From the NCBI GenBank assembly GCA_001949185.1, contig BDGG01000009.1, positions 62,001 to 126,000 on the forward strand: a DNA stretch of 64,000 bases. Reading direction: 5' to 3'. A program made the position numbers and the translations under genes. The notes under the pieces were generated by a model that worked only from the letters and a program-made list of their open reading frames with translations, did not search any database and was not told where the DNA came from. The DNA comes from Ramazzottius varieornatus (Eukaryota > Animalia > Tardigrada). Shown here in pieces: positions 1 through 12,747 of this stretch. Every line of letters starts with the position of its first letter. Position 1 is the stretch's first letter.

Positions 1-852
1 TCAGCGCTGAAATCGGTGGACCGTCTTGAACTGACGGAAGCAGTCACGACCTCGAAACTCTTTGCTTGCAGAGCCTTCAACAGGAAACCCAGCACCAATG
101 CATAGCCGCTGCCGGAACTCGTATCGTGCACCAGATAGATGTTGCGCCATTGAAATCGGGTCAGGATGGTGGTGAACACCTGTAGGGCGGGGGACCTGGG
201 GATGGGTGAAGTCGTGATCCACGTGGGCGAAAGTAGTTTGTTGTGCAAGATGGTCGGGTCCGTTCCTTGCCTTGAACACAGAGCTCGATCTTAGTCCCCC
301 GGTCGCATTGCCAATGATAATTTCAGAGACTCAAAAAAGAACATGCGCAACACTTTAAATTGAGTCACTGTACTTACGTTGAAATCATCAGTATATCCCA
401 GTTTGCCAGTAGATGGTTTACAGCTTCCATCTCGGAACAAACTGAAAATATTCGCAATAACTATTCTCTCGGTAACGTGTTTTCTTCTTTGGCGTTTACT
501 GTATCGTTCGTGAAGGCATACCGGGCGAAAGAAATACGTAAATGTCGGCTTTCGAACGCTTTCTGTGGTACCACTCGGCCAGCAAGAACTCGGACTGTGC
601 CACGAGTTCCACGCAGTTGGTGACATTCGGATCAATCAGGTGCGTATGCTTTAGATAAAATGTACCATTGTATCTGGCTCGAAACCTCTCGGCCGCAGCG
701 TCAAAAGTTGGGGACAGGTAGTGCATGGATCCAGCATGGCTAAAAGTCACTTGGCCCAAAGTCACGACTTCCAGGTTTTTCCTTGCGGATACCATTATGC
801 AAGTTAGTAGACAAATCAGTTCAAATTTAGTTACGCAGTCCACTACGGCCAT
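1..852 (-). CDS. Natriuretic-peptide-receptor / receptor guanylate cyclase-like protein, N-terminal ANF_receptor ligand-binding region (partial, runs off left edge)
   Basis: Three exons splice in frame (approx. 852-522, 440-377, 270-1). Hydrophobic leader MAVVDCVTKFELICLLTCIMVSA, then LEVVTLG..SPTFDAAAERFRARY..NCVEL, CSEMEAVNHLLANWDILMIS and LHNKLLSPTWITTS..FQWRNIYLVHD, typical of the ANF-receptor periplasmic-binding fold. Confidence 0.7.
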
Positions 853-1550
853 TCTGGGATCTGGTACATCCTCAATCACCAAATCCTTACACTGACTTTT
901 CAACATTATTAGCTTCAACGATGAAAATTGAGCAATCAATTAGGTGGCCGGACCTTGGCGACATGAGGGGAAACAGTGCGTCAACAAAACCGATCGTTGA
1001 AATTAGGCCTTATGATCGTTTATTCCCCTAATAGGCTTCTTGGTTCTCCGGAAATAAACGAAATTACAGGTGGGACCTGGAGATCATGTTTACCCTCGAG
1101 TGTACTTGCCTCCGCTCTCTGTGGCTCAATGATTAGACACGAGACGGGTTCCCGGCGGATGGCAGCAATCGGTACGAGGTAAACGACATAATTCGGGCAT
1201 ATCGATTTTCGCACCATAATTCGGGCAACCCGAAAGGTTTGAACATTACCTTCAACGCTTGATTCATCCCTCATCGTACGTGTGTTGATACAACAGTAGG
1301 CTGTTTGACATTGGACAGACCCATCTCTATCCCAGGCAGAATTCCCGTAATCTACAACGCTTTCCCGTTCTCAAACATATTGAAGCCTCGAGGAAAGGGA
1401 TCAGTCTACCTCAGGGAACAAGAAACGGTTCATTACGCGCAGCAGGAGCTAAGAAAAACTATGCCTGAATTACGAATGAAAAACCCCTATGCCCGAATTA
1501 TTGGTTTACCTCGTATTGTTCGGAGTGGTACGGCAGAGGAAATTCCGATA

Positions 1551-1667
1551 CTGTATACTCTCCCGAAATTCACGTACGTCACTCCATTCAGAGTGTAAAA
1601 CTAGAGAAAGAGTTCTCATACGGTGACCATAACAGTGACGTACGTGAATTTCGGGAGAGCATACAGT
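1551..1667. mobile_element. MITE with 33-bp TIRs and TA flanks, related to the pogo element at 28893
   Basis: tactgtatactctcccgaaattcacgtacgtcact (1549-1583) is inverted at 1634-1669 with one mismatch; 50-bp spacer. Confidence 0.75.
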
Positions 1668-2177
1668 ATCACAATGCCAATATTGCTTGTCAGCCGGTGA
1701 TCACGTACTATTATCAGTAACCATTTACTCATGTAACAAGTCAAGTGACCACCGGCGGGGACGCAATACCGATACCGAAAATACTCGACACACACGACCG
1801 AACCGTAAAGAACAACTGGCGACAAGTAATAAAGTTCTGTGGTCGGATGCCACTGGACCGGGAGGCGGCCAGCCGACGGATGTAAGCGATTACGTCACTG
1901 CGGAGTTTTCCTCAAGCTTGAAGTCATGAGAACTTTGTGAAGGGATCGCCTTCAGTGGTTTGTTTTTGATGGGTTGTTTTCCCAGTGTATTTTCCTTCGT
2001 TGCTCACTTCATTGGTGACCGTTAATGTTGTGTTCAGTTTATTATACATTTCATCCTGCAACTTGTAGCTGACGGCAACGACCGAACTTATACCTCTGAG
2101 AAAAGCACAATACTTACAGATAAATAAATGGAATAAAAAAAGTGGTAAAGCGAAAGGTGAGATCTAAAACCGAGTAC

Positions 2178-2234
2178 GAGCTTGGTGCAAACTGCCGAAA
2201 ACTGCATTTTGAGCTTGATGCAAACTGCCGAAAA
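2178..2234. repeat. Short direct duplication (24-bp unit, 33-bp period) downstream of the cytochrome b561 stop
   Basis: gagcttggtgcaaactgccgaaaa / gagcttgatgcaaactgccgaaaa. Confidence 0.7.
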
Positions 2235-2286
2235 AGGAGAAGATAGGAAAACGCGAAAAAATTGTACACAGAACCAAAAGGAAAAT

Positions 2287-3700
2287 TTAATCGCGAGGAA
2301 TGTATGCAGTGTCGTCGTCGGGTCTGGGTAAGCGGCGGAAGGCGGGATTCACCAGGATGTAGACGCCGTTCAGACCGAAAATCAGTAGGTTGATGGCGAG
2401 TACGTTCACCAACATGCCTTCGCTGGGTTTGTCATGGTAATCCTTACTGCAAAAGAGAAAGAGCAACAATTAGAGTATCGATCAATTGAAGACCGAGGAG
2501 GAAGCCGGGTGTGGCACTTACATGCTAAAGATGGCTTTTTCTGTCAAACCCATAAAGGCTGTGGCGATGAAGAGGATGTGGATGCATACTCCGAAGAAGA
2601 CGTGAACTGGCAAGTAGCTCCTTCGCAGTGACAGGTTGACTTTGGGCCACAGGAAGAACGTCAGACCTGTTAACCACTACGACGAACAGAGATCAATATG
2701 GGAGGTTGGCAAACGAAACGTACAAGATCTTCATTGCAAGTGGCGCACATTTTTATTGTTATTGCTTGAAAGAGTGCGCCGCTGAAACAGACAAACTGGA
2801 CAAGATCGCTTTCTCAGTGACGCACGCTCTCATTGTTATTAGCTCGAAGCATGCGCGCGTTCTGACCGCGAGCTTGTACACTGGTTCTTTCAATTCTGGC
2901 TACCTGTTAGCACGCAATGGCATCCAAAGATCGGTGCCCGATAATTACCTGACAGCAGTAAAGGGTAATCACTGTAATGCCGATCCAGCTGTGGATTGAG
3001 TACATGTTGGGAATAGGCTCCAGTTCCAGCGTCTTGGCATTTCGGTTGTAATTATGGGAATCGAAGACGGCACGCAAGGCAATCACCATGAAGATGAAGG
3101 CCAGTAACTGCATACCGGCATGGATCACCTTGATTCGGATCTTCCTCTCGTTTCGCAGTAATCGATAGGCCAAATTTGCTGCAAGACAAGGGCCAAGTTA
3201 CAGGGGGGATATTAGCAAGGTAATAGTCGATCTTCCACCAATTAAGTTACGTGCTGAAGTCTGATCAAGCTATTCACAATAGCACAAAAATGGTGAGCAA
3301 CACGGTCAACTCCAAAGGACTATAATCTATGGACGGAAAACACAGTCTGCGCCACATCGCCCACCATGCTAGACCGACAATCGTATAATGCCTGAATTCC
3401 CGTAGCAAATTGGCAGAAGAGCATACGTCTAATCTGAACAGGCTAGTTTGAGAGCTTACCGTTTCCGTGTATGAAAACAAACGCCAGGATCATCAGCAGT
3501 GGATGGTAATTAAACTCCTGCTTGAGATTTGTACCACCCCAGGCAAAGCCTCCTTGGAAATGACCCAGCCATATGGACGCTAGAATGATGGACATCAGGC
3601 CGAAAAATTCAAACGTCCCCACCAGAAAGGTAAATATCCGCAGGTTGGGCGCGGGCTCGTCCATCGGGCTATCCATGTTGAGGAATTCCCGCTCTGCCAT
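2287..3700 (-). CDS. CYB561: Cytochrome b561 family transmembrane ascorbate-dependent reductase (4 coding exons)
   Basis: Motifs FNYHPLLM, KVIHAGMQ, AVFDSHN..PNMYSIHSWIG and YLPVHVFFG supply the heme His ligands. Exons approx. 3700-3460, 3178-2949, 2676-2522, 2446-2287. Confidence 0.9.
2701..2880. repeat. Intronic palindromic element (CAAGTGGCGCAC-N25-GTGCGCCACTTG family), dimer in a CYB561 intron
   Basis: Cores at 2737 and 2815; first spacer 2749-2773 = 25 nt. Confidence 0.8.
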
Positions 3701-4221
3701 GATCCAGGTGCAAGCTGCGAGGCCTGAGAAGGAGAAGCAAGAGAAGAAAGGGCCTTGAGTTGGACAGCTCTCAACTGCCAGTCCCAAACTCGCACAGATG
3801 TTTCCGGTCGCGGTGACAAGTTAATCCGTCACTGACGTCAACAAACATGCGCAGTGCGTATTGGGCAGTTTTAGAACCCGGGGCGAATTTCCCTGTATAC
3901 CTCGCGCCCTTCAGCGGGTTACGGGAATTACAACCGTGAACGCTTACCTCACGTTCCACTCGGCTGGATTTGTGGCTTTTGTGGGCCGTGCAACATTTCC
4001 GCCTGTAAGTTTGCGCGGTTCTCCCGGTTCCTCCCGTGCTACAGAGGTTCATGTCTATTCATTATTCTGACCGAGGTCAGGCACTCGTTAGGAGGAACAA
4101 TAAAGACCCGACCGGAAAGTAGTGATGGCGGTACAATGGCTTGAGCAATCGATAACTCCAGCGTCCTTAACCACGTAACGAGGTCTATAAAGAGTCGTAG
4201 ATCTGTTGTTCCTTTCGACTA

Positions 4222-4390
4222 CAGTGTACGACAAAATAAACCGTTAAAATTGGGTGTTGGATGGAGCCAGATGGATAAAGCCAATGAAATTTGCGCATGC
4301 AGTAAAATATAACTCTCATTGGCTAAGTTGTAAATAAGCTCTAGTTGCAGTGTTACGCCCATTTTTAACGGTTGATTTTGTCGTACACTG
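4222..4390. mobile_element. Tc1/mariner-type MITE, 169 bp, TA TSD (copy 1)
   Basis: TA|cagtgtacgacaaaataaaccgttaaaa ... tttaacggttgattttgtcgtacactg|TA; near-identical copy at 31468-31636. Confidence 0.9.
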
Positions 4391-5795
4391 TAGTAAGGTA
4401 CTGAAACGACAGAACACACCGCCCTATCATGGCTAACTAGATCTGGATGGTATAGCTGGGGACCTCGCTTTTCATTTCCGGAAACCGTTAGCGGTGCGTG
4501 CGGCTCGCTGAAAACCTAATCAACTTACGCACGTCCAGACACGAATGCTACAGTGCAGCTAGCGACTGACAGTTATGAGGCAAGGCTGCTCGGAGTATTC
4601 CACTGGTGATATCTTACCGGAGTTATTGACTCCAGTCGTACAGATGTGTATATAATAAGGTTTCCGGTCATATGCATGGCGAGATCAGCAACGCGTAACA
4701 CAGTAAGCAACCGGCATTTGCCTAAATGCCGGTCTTTTTAGAGTCGCTGCTCTTCGCTTTATTGTTAGGGTTCCACATAGACAGGATAAGCATGCACATC
4801 ATCATTTGTTAGATGATGGTATTAATAAAACCACAAAGCCTGAACCACAGGTGTTTCCACATATTATCATTTGGACAAAGCGAATGCGGAATAGCGTCCG
4901 GCCTGGCAAGCATAAAACTCTGGCTTGAATTGCGAGGGTAGTTGCAGAACATGCGAAGACCTGTTGCGCATCAGAAGAATTCATATCTGGTCTGTAATAC
5001 TGCCCAACGCTGATGCTACTGTATATCGACACTGCAGCTTCACGGTGCTATTCGGCATTATTAGAAATCACGTGTGCATACAACGGCAATACTATGGAAA
5101 TAAGACCTTTTTACGAGACTGCAGTACTCTGTGTGGCAGTTCATCTCGCATAAGAGCACAAAAACCATAGTTCTCCCCAGACCAGTTTTCGGAACTGCGC
5201 GTGCTGACAGGTTATATTCCGCCGTTTGGAACTTTTGAACCTGCGATATCATGGCTTACTCCCGGCATGATGTATGAGGTTAAACCATAATCATATCATA
5301 ACTCCATGTTTCTTGCTTCCGACTTGGCGCGATTCGCACCGGAAGTTTTGGAGCGTCCAAACCTTCAAGGTCGGGCGTTTCAACGGAGTGAGATCTCTCT
5401 TCTAGTTCTCTCGTCAATCTGCGCGCCCGCTTGAAAACGGTGAAGACCGCCGCACCATCCAATGCATGGACAGCCAGCGATCTGGAAGTTGCGCCAAAGC
5501 TGTGGCTCCTGCTTCGATTTTCTAACTTTGATAACCGGAAAAAGCTCTCGGTCTCCTCTATATCTTCAGGCACTGACATCGCTTGTGCTGAGATCACAAA
5601 TCCAAACTTCAAAGAGGATAGAAGAAAAATCACTCGTGTATGCCGATAGAAAACCCATTCCAGAAAAGAGAAGGCGATTAGAAAGCTCTTTGATCACAGA
5701 AGCCCGGAGCAAAAGAAGGTTAATGATTTCCATTCGTGCGGTTATGCTGCGTCGATTACGGTAGGTAAGTGCCGTAATGTCTGAATCCATCCCGA

Positions 5796-8092
5796 TCACA
5801 GTGTTCTTTGACCGATGATTCCGCAGACGATCGGCGAACCGACACTGCCGGTAAGTAAGCTGTCATCACTTCCGCCTCCACCGTCATCACGATTAGCGTG
5901 GATTACCAGTGAACGTCCAACTACGGACCAAGGTCCCACGAGCTGGAGTTTGTCCGAAGACAGACTCACCGTGGCTATCCCGTTACCTGAAAAAAAATCC
6001 ACCAGTAAATATGTTTCATCCAGTTCTAGTCAAAGCCCGCCTACGATACCGTCTGACTGGAGGTTCCCGCAGTCTCCGGCATGCCGTATCATGCTTGTCA
6101 GTTCTCCGTGAGGGATATTTTGCGGATTGTAATGATCGCCGACGTTACGGCACCCACTCGTGGTGTCACCTATCGTATGTACGACAAGGCCAAGTACACC
6201 TACAAAATACCAGAAACTTCGGTACGTCCATGTGGGAGTTCAGCAAACAAACTCGAGCAGATGGCTTGCCCCAGGTGGCGCACGTTTTCAGTAATATTGG
6301 CTGGAAGCGTGCGCCACTTTGGAGAATAGCTTGGTCGACTTTGTTTGCCCAGCACTTGTGTGTGAAATGGGGCGTGTTAATGGATTGGGAAATATACGTA
6401 CTGTTTGCCGGCAACCCGTTGATCTGCCCGGTAACCTTCGTGAGGGATCCAGCCGCCGTTTGCTCAAAGCGCAAGCTTCCTTTGATGTCGCCTTCCTCAA
6501 AAACAACTTGGGCGGAGTAAGGTCCTTTGGTACTACAAGAGTCAGTGGGGACCTGATCGTCGGGAGACACTGTCAAAAACCAAAAAAGACTGGCGACATC
6601 ATGACAACATTAACTTCGGCAGCAGAAACGAAGGACGTACAATAGCAGCACCATTTCCCGTCAAAATCCCCGCAGTCTTTGACAGATGCCGCAATATCCA
6701 AGTCGAAGCAGTGAGAGTCGAGGTTTTTCGTACTGGTACACCGACCGTTCATTCCTACGCTGGGCAAGGAATCGGGTGAACACTTGAAGCCACCTGTACC
6801 AGCCTGTTTCGTCTTTCCTGCTGCAAAAACCAGATCTCTTACGAAGGAAATAGATCACGCGGATATCAACCCGTACACGTACGTACAATAACAGCACCAT
6901 TTTCCCGGATAGTCTCCACAGTCCGACGATGTCGTGATTTGCAAAGTGGCGCAGTTCCGAGATAAGTCCGCTGTACTGGAGCACTGTCCATTCTTTCCAA
7001 TACCTGGCGCGTTCTTCGGCGTGCACCTCCCAGCATTGGCGTCTCTGGGAGGAACTACCGGTATCACTGTTGCTGTCGTTGTCGTTGCAGTGGACTGGAC
7101 TGTGGCCGGTGTAGTGGTCACTGTCGTGGTCGGTGTCGTGGTTGTAGTCGTCGTTGTTGCTGTGGTTGGCGTCGTTGTTGTTGTTGCAGAGGTCGTTATC
7201 GTACTTTCCGTGGTCGTCGTTGGATAATCCGTTGTTGTGGTCGACGCCTCAGTTGAGGTGGTAGTCGAAGGTTCGGTAGTAGTGGTAGAGCTGTCTGTGG
7301 CGTTTTTCGTTGATTTTGTGGTTGTGAAATGTGAGGAAGCTTTGGACGAGGCGGAAGTGTTTTCAATTTTACCCGTTTTCGATTTCGGGCTCGAGGTGGT
7401 CGTTTTGCCGGCTGTCGTCTCCGATTCCTTTCCGTCATCGGACGTTGTGTTATCCGCTTTGGAATCTTCAGTGATGGTAGAGTTTTCAGTCTTGTCCAGC
7501 TCGCCGGTGCCAGCGTTGTTCTTGAGCAGAGGTGCAGTACCCCAGTTGAAGTCGTTGTCCTGTCCGAAGTCGGAGGCTAGACTGTTTTGGAAGTACCGAT
7601 ATTGGTGACCGTCCCAGTAATAACCGACGCTCCGGCCCCTGGAAAGTTCAAACGTAAAACACTTTCGATGGAGCCATAAAACGGAGCTGGGCGGAAAAAC
7701 TCAACCAAATCGTTGATCCAAGTGGCGCACATTTTCGGTGTTATTGGCTGAGAGCGTGCGCCGCTTGGAGAGAATGTCTTGTCGAGCTTGTTTGTTTGTC
7801 TAGATCTCTTATAAGTTGTCAAGCTTACATGTTGGGCTGTGGACCAAGAAGTTGGTTCGAGTTCCGGTTCACTCTGGGTGGAAAATAATGGTATCTGACA
7901 GCAGAAGTGGATGTTCGAGTGTCCGGCTCCATATTCCGACCTTCGGCGTCTGCAATAAACTACGATTTGAACGTTCGGCGCACACCACGACAACGTTTAC
8001 CACGAACACTTACACGGGTCCTGCACAGCGCAGAAGGTAGCGGTGAAATTCCAGATAAGCAAAATCAACTTGTTCGCATCTCTGAGTATCAT
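5796..8092 (-). CDS. Secreted multidomain protein: signal peptide, Thr/Ser mucin stalk, two six-Cys repeats, C-terminal atypical Cu/Zn superoxide dismutase domain
   Basis: Seven exons join in frame by hand splicing. SOD motifs [31 protein letters not shown] and [28 protein letters not shown]; poly-Thr tract approx. 7060-7330; two C..C..C..C..CC repeats. Confidence 0.8.
6233..6355. repeat. Intronic palindromic element, monomer in an intron of the SOD-fusion gene
   Basis: gggagttcagcaaacaaactcg..caggtggcgcac N25 gtgcgccactt..tcgactttgtttgcc. Confidence 0.85.
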
Positions 8093-8636
8093 GTTAGCCC
8101 AGGACTATGCCACTTCCGTTTCGAATAAATTATAAAGCTCGTCACTTCGCTCTGTTCGCAAAATTGTACGGCACGACAAAAAGCCTTTTGCGCAGTGAAG
8201 CGCGAAGACAGAAGAACGAACGGAAAACGTGAGTGATGTTAAATGAGTGTAAGAAAGCTCTGACGCGTTTCTTCACAGAGATTGTGAAACCGTTGTGATG
8301 GATTCACATTGGCAAATACCGTACTTATGGAAACTGAGTTCCCTCGGCGTATACAAATTAAGTTGAGTTGGAAAATTAAAATAAGCTGTCCGAACGATAG
8401 TGAGTTACGAACCGCTATCGAGCTGGCAGACGGCTGTTGTCTGCATCCCTATCATAATTTATTATTCTGTTTTCTCAACGAATAATTCCGTCCAAAGTTA
8501 ATGCTGAAGAACGTTATACAATGGTTGAGCAAAAATGAAACGCAGAAAAAGATCGATTGGTGACTACAGAAATTAAAATAAATATTTACGCGAGGGTTAT
8601 GATGTCTTACAAAATTAGACTATAGTCTAGAGTAGC

Positions 8637-10378
8637 TTATTCAATTCGTAGCAATTCGAGATTTTTATTGCAACAAATAGCTAGCCAGGTTGGATGGACG
8701 TACGACCATTGGATCTGATTGACAGCTCCTGCCGCTTCATAACGCATGACGCCTTCGATACCTGTCCCTCTTGCTGCTTGTTGAACGTCCCAGATCAGCG
8801 CCTGCTGGTCGTCACTACCTGTGGCGATGTGGTTGGCCGAATGAGGAGCCCAACACATCCCTGAAAAAAATACCACATCTGGAAGCTCGGCATACAGAGT
8901 CGACCACATCGTTTTCCCAAGTGGCGCCCTCTGACAGTGCTTTTGGCCAGCAGAGTGCGGCACTCGGAAAAACGATTTTGTGTGCATTTGCTTCGACCTC
9001 CGGTCGAATACGAAAGCATTTTATCATGCTTCGTCTCGCTGTTCAACGTAAAGCAAGCATGGTTCTGAACGAATATGTTGCACCGGGTCGCCCTCTTACC
9101 GTTTACGATGCTCTTGTGGCCAGTCAGATGTGCCAACGGTGCTGTGTACATGCGAACATCCAGGATGACGACTTCGGCAGCGTCCGCGGCAAAAGTGGCT
9201 ACCAAGTTGGGATCTTGCTTGTTCCAAGCGAGGCGGACTAATGGTCGATGCTGGGGATCTTCGTAGATCACGATGGATTCCAGCGTCTTCCGCAGGTCGA
9301 ACTGACGTAGCGAACCTTCATCCCCAACGCTGGCGAAAATGTCTCGCCCGCCACCAGCGTTCGTGAAGGCCACATCATACACGTGCTGCTCGTGGGCTAC
9401 CAGTTGCGTCTTTATCGTCCCGGAAACTGCAGCGACAGTCAGAAAACACTGAATCGTCAATGGCGACTCCGCTTACAAAATCAAAATTTATCTTACCGTT
9501 GCCGCTTTTACCAGTCCGTCCAACTATCTGGCCCGTCTCCAGAGACCATACCGTACAGCAGTTATCTAAGCTGCCCGTGACCATCAGAGAGAGGTCCGTT
9601 TCATTCCAGTCGAAGCTGGTGAGAGGCATGGCGGACCTGTCGCTTTTGGTCGGCACATTACTGAGCGTGCACTCCATCCGGACATTCTTCCCCTCATCCT
9701 GCAGACTGAATATCCTCAAACAGTCGCCGCTGGTGGCCAGGAAGTCCGGGTAAGTACCGTGCGGATCAGGAATCCACAGGACTTTGGTGGCGGGATAGGC
9801 GTGCTGGAAGCTGGTCACTTCGTGGAAGCGTTCGGTCTCGGGGTCCAGTTGCACCACGTTGACCTGGTTCACTCCCGGGGCCAAACCACCTGGAATAAAA
9901 ACCGAAATTAAACTTGCTTCTAGCAGTCACAAAATACCTTGGGCTGCTGAGTAGGGAACACAAATAGATCGTTTTTACAACTTGGCGCACGCTTTCGGCC
10001 AACAGTACTGGAAACATGCGGCACTTGGAAAAACAATAATACTGCGTTCTCAGTCGAGAGAAATTTGCAATTTTTCTACGGAAAACTTCAGCTGGGCATA
10101 AGTTTGTTCCAGCTTTGTGTGGAAATATTGTAGAAAACGGTGGACTTATATTTTTCCTTACCAGCGGAGCTGAAAGGTCCAGTGCAATTTTCCAAACAAG
10201 ACGCCACTGCCAAGCGGTAAGCTTTGTCTCTGTCCTTCCGGTTGCTCCAATTCATGGCGTAGACATCCCAAGGAGCTTGGTAGATGTACTGTGTTCTGGA
10301 TGGAACACCCGTAGCTGGAGGAATCATGGTACCTGCTGGAGAGCGTGTTTGGTTGGTCAGATTGCGCAGAGGGAGCAT
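8637..10378 (-). CDS. DCAF7: DDB1- and CUL4-associated factor 7 (WDR68/Han11) WD40 protein
   Basis: [81 protein letters not shown]. Confidence 0.95.
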
Positions 10379-10851
10379 GGCCTGCAGGAATTAAACAGAA
10401 AGAAAAATACACTTGATTTCATGAATCCATCAGCTCAACGTTTTATCATTTTTAGGCTACCAACAGAGGAAAACCCACAGGAAGAGGAGAATGATCAGAA
10501 GACAAGACTACGCGCAATCAAAGATGTCCACCTTCAAACAACTCAACCTGCCTGTAAAGGCCGTGCCGAACCTCTGCTGGCTGGCGTCACTACCATTGTT
10601 TGTGGTGGACAGCGGTCAATACACAGGGCGCGGAAATTTGGCCCGCCAGGTCCAACTTTACTCAAGCCACTAGTTGGTCCGTTGATTGACTGTCACATAT
10701 TAGAGCTTGATTGAATGTCTTGGTCCAATTTTGCCCAAAATTATTCCGAAAATATTTTCTGCGAGCAAGCAGTTCCAGAATCCTCGGCTTTTGACTATTG
10801 GTCCTTCTACAGGTGAAAGTAGGCGACATCCTGGGAGCTGACCTTCCGAAG
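10379..10851. promoter_or_regulatory. Probable bidirectional promoter region, DCAF7/ACTR6
   Basis: Head-to-head start codons ~470 bp apart, each preceded by a splice-acceptor-like sequence, so the TSSs are probably closer still. Confidence 0.55.
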
Positions 10852-12507
10852 ATGGCTCGGAATAGGCAGAACCACGTCGGTGCATCACCATCCGCCGGCA
10901 GTGGATCCATCGTTGTGCTTGATCTGGGAGGATACACGGCCAAAATTGGGATGGCCACTGACGCTGCTCCGCACGTCCTCTCCAACTGTATCTTCAAAGC
11001 CAAGAGTGAGAAGAAGCGTCAGTTTGTGTCGGGACAATTGGCCGATTGCAAGGATCAGCATCAACTTTTTCATATGTATCCCTTCAACAGCGGCTACTTG
11101 ACCAATTGGGAGCTGCAGGAACGCGTTCTCGACTACTTCTTCGGCAGCGAAGTTCTGAAAATAAACACTCAGACATCTCAACTGATCGTCACCGAACCCT
11201 ACTTCAACCTACAATACATGAAGAAGAGCTTCGTTGAAGCCCTGTTTGAAGGTAAGAATAAAACCGAAAAGAATGTCAGAAAATTCGAAGACATCAAACA
11301 TTTCCAAGTCGAAATACACTTATGGCACTGACTTCCAAAATGCATTGTGGATGACGTCACCTAATAACTCCACTCGTAAGGGAAAAACTAGTGACGTAAT
11401 ATGACTGGTTTCGAGATTCGGTGGGTAAAAGTGGTACAATGCCTCGTCGCTTTACAGGCTACGAATTCCAGTCGCTCTTCGTTTGTCCTCCCGCCTACCT
11501 TTCCTCGCACCTCTTCCAGACTCGCTACCGCGATGAAAGTACCTGTCTCATCGTCGACTCCGGCTATTCCTTCACGCACATCATTCCGGTAATCAACGGC
11601 TCCATAGCATGGAACGGCGTTCTGCGTGTGCCTGTGGGCGGCAAGATCCTGACCAATCATCTCAAGCAACGGGTTACCTTGACCCAGCTGGACGTCATGG
11701 ATGAAACTTCCGTCATGAACCAGATAAAAGAACTAGCATGTTTTGTGTCAACGGATCTAGCGGGGGATTTCCGAAAAGCGCGCGAAGATGAGAGAGGCTT
11801 GACGAGAACCTGCGTGCTTCCTGATTACGCCACGTACTCGGAACCTTTCGTCCGACCGGTGGAAGAGACGTTTAGTAGACCACTGGAACACGAACAACTT
11901 ATACGACTCGATATCGACAGGTTTGCAATTTCCCGATGCATTTTCGTTCGAGTTGTATTCGCCGTTAGCAAATCCTGCCAATTTGCTACGTATATTGTTG
12001 CCAACGACGTGCCAGGCACGGCCTCGACAGGAACTTCCGTCGAAACAGGGCAAGAATAGCTGGGACGCTGAATGTACTTTCTACGACTCACTTTGCTTGT
12101 TTTTTTCTGATTGCAGATTTTTAGCCCCTGAAATTCTCTTTCATCCGTCGGTGATTGGTGACGAGCGGAAAGGTATCACTGAAGCGTGTGTGGAGAGTGT
12201 TCGGAGGTTCGCGAAAGACGAGCAGTATGCGTTATTCAGGAACATCGTCTTGACGGGAGGCAATTGTAAGTTCGAAGGGTTTAAAGACCGATTGGTCAGA
12301 GAGATCGAACCGGAAGTACCGGAGTTCGGCCAAGTGGAAGCTATGATGCTGGGAAATCCCATCACGACAGCCTGGCAAGGAGGAAAGGCCTTTGCGGAGT
12401 CACTGTTGTTCGACAAGATGAGAGTGACCAAAGCTGAGTATGAAGAGAAGGGCGACGCTGTTTGTGAAATGAAATTCATTCGTGCTAGTTCGAAAAGCGT
12501 CGACTAA
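10852..12507 (+). CDS. ACTR6: Actin-related protein 6 (SWR1/SRCAP complex)
   Basis: VVLDLGGYTAKIG, NCIFKAKSEKKR, GYLTNWELQ, LIVTEPYFN, IVDSGYSFTHIIP, VGGKILTNHLK, LDVMDETSVMNQIKE, APEILFHPS, PITTAWQGG. Confidence 0.93.
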
Positions 12508-12553
12508 GTTAGACGCTTCGGTTTCTATCATGTAACACTATTCGGTAGCGTTT

Positions 12554-12747
12554 GGGAGCTCGGTAAAAAACTCACCCAGATCGTCTTCCCAAGTGGCATG
12601 ATCCCAGTGTTGCTGGCTGAAAGCATGCGCCATTTGGGAAAACTATCTAGCCAAGTTTGTCCGAGTGGCGCACGTTGCCAGTGTTATTGGCTGAAAGCCT
12701 GCGCCACTTGGGGAGCCGATCTGGTCGATTTGTTTGCCGAGCCTCCA
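12554..12747. repeat. Palindromic element dimer between the convergent ACTR6 and CLIP1 3' ends
   Basis: Cores at 12590 and 12662; termini gggagctcgg / ccgagcctcc. Confidence 0.85.

Noticed and set aside
976-1929. Short ORFs between the receptor gene and CYB561
   Set aside because: No recognisable homology; the shared ILYxLPKFTYVT peptide arises from the two arms of the MITE.
4710-4740. Hairpin accggcattt..aaatgccggt followed by a T-run (terminator or Helitron end)
   Set aside because: Eukaryotic context, no CTRR terminus and no associated element; a single short hairpin is expected by chance.
5280-5633. 117-aa minus-strand ORF downstream of the SOD stop
   Set aside because: No recognisable motif and no confident exon structure; it could be 3' UTR or a small orphan gene, so it is not supportable as a feature.
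6934-7608. Val-rich plus-strand ORFs that look like membrane proteins
   Set aside because: Antisense shadow of the Thr-rich mucin exon on the minus strand.
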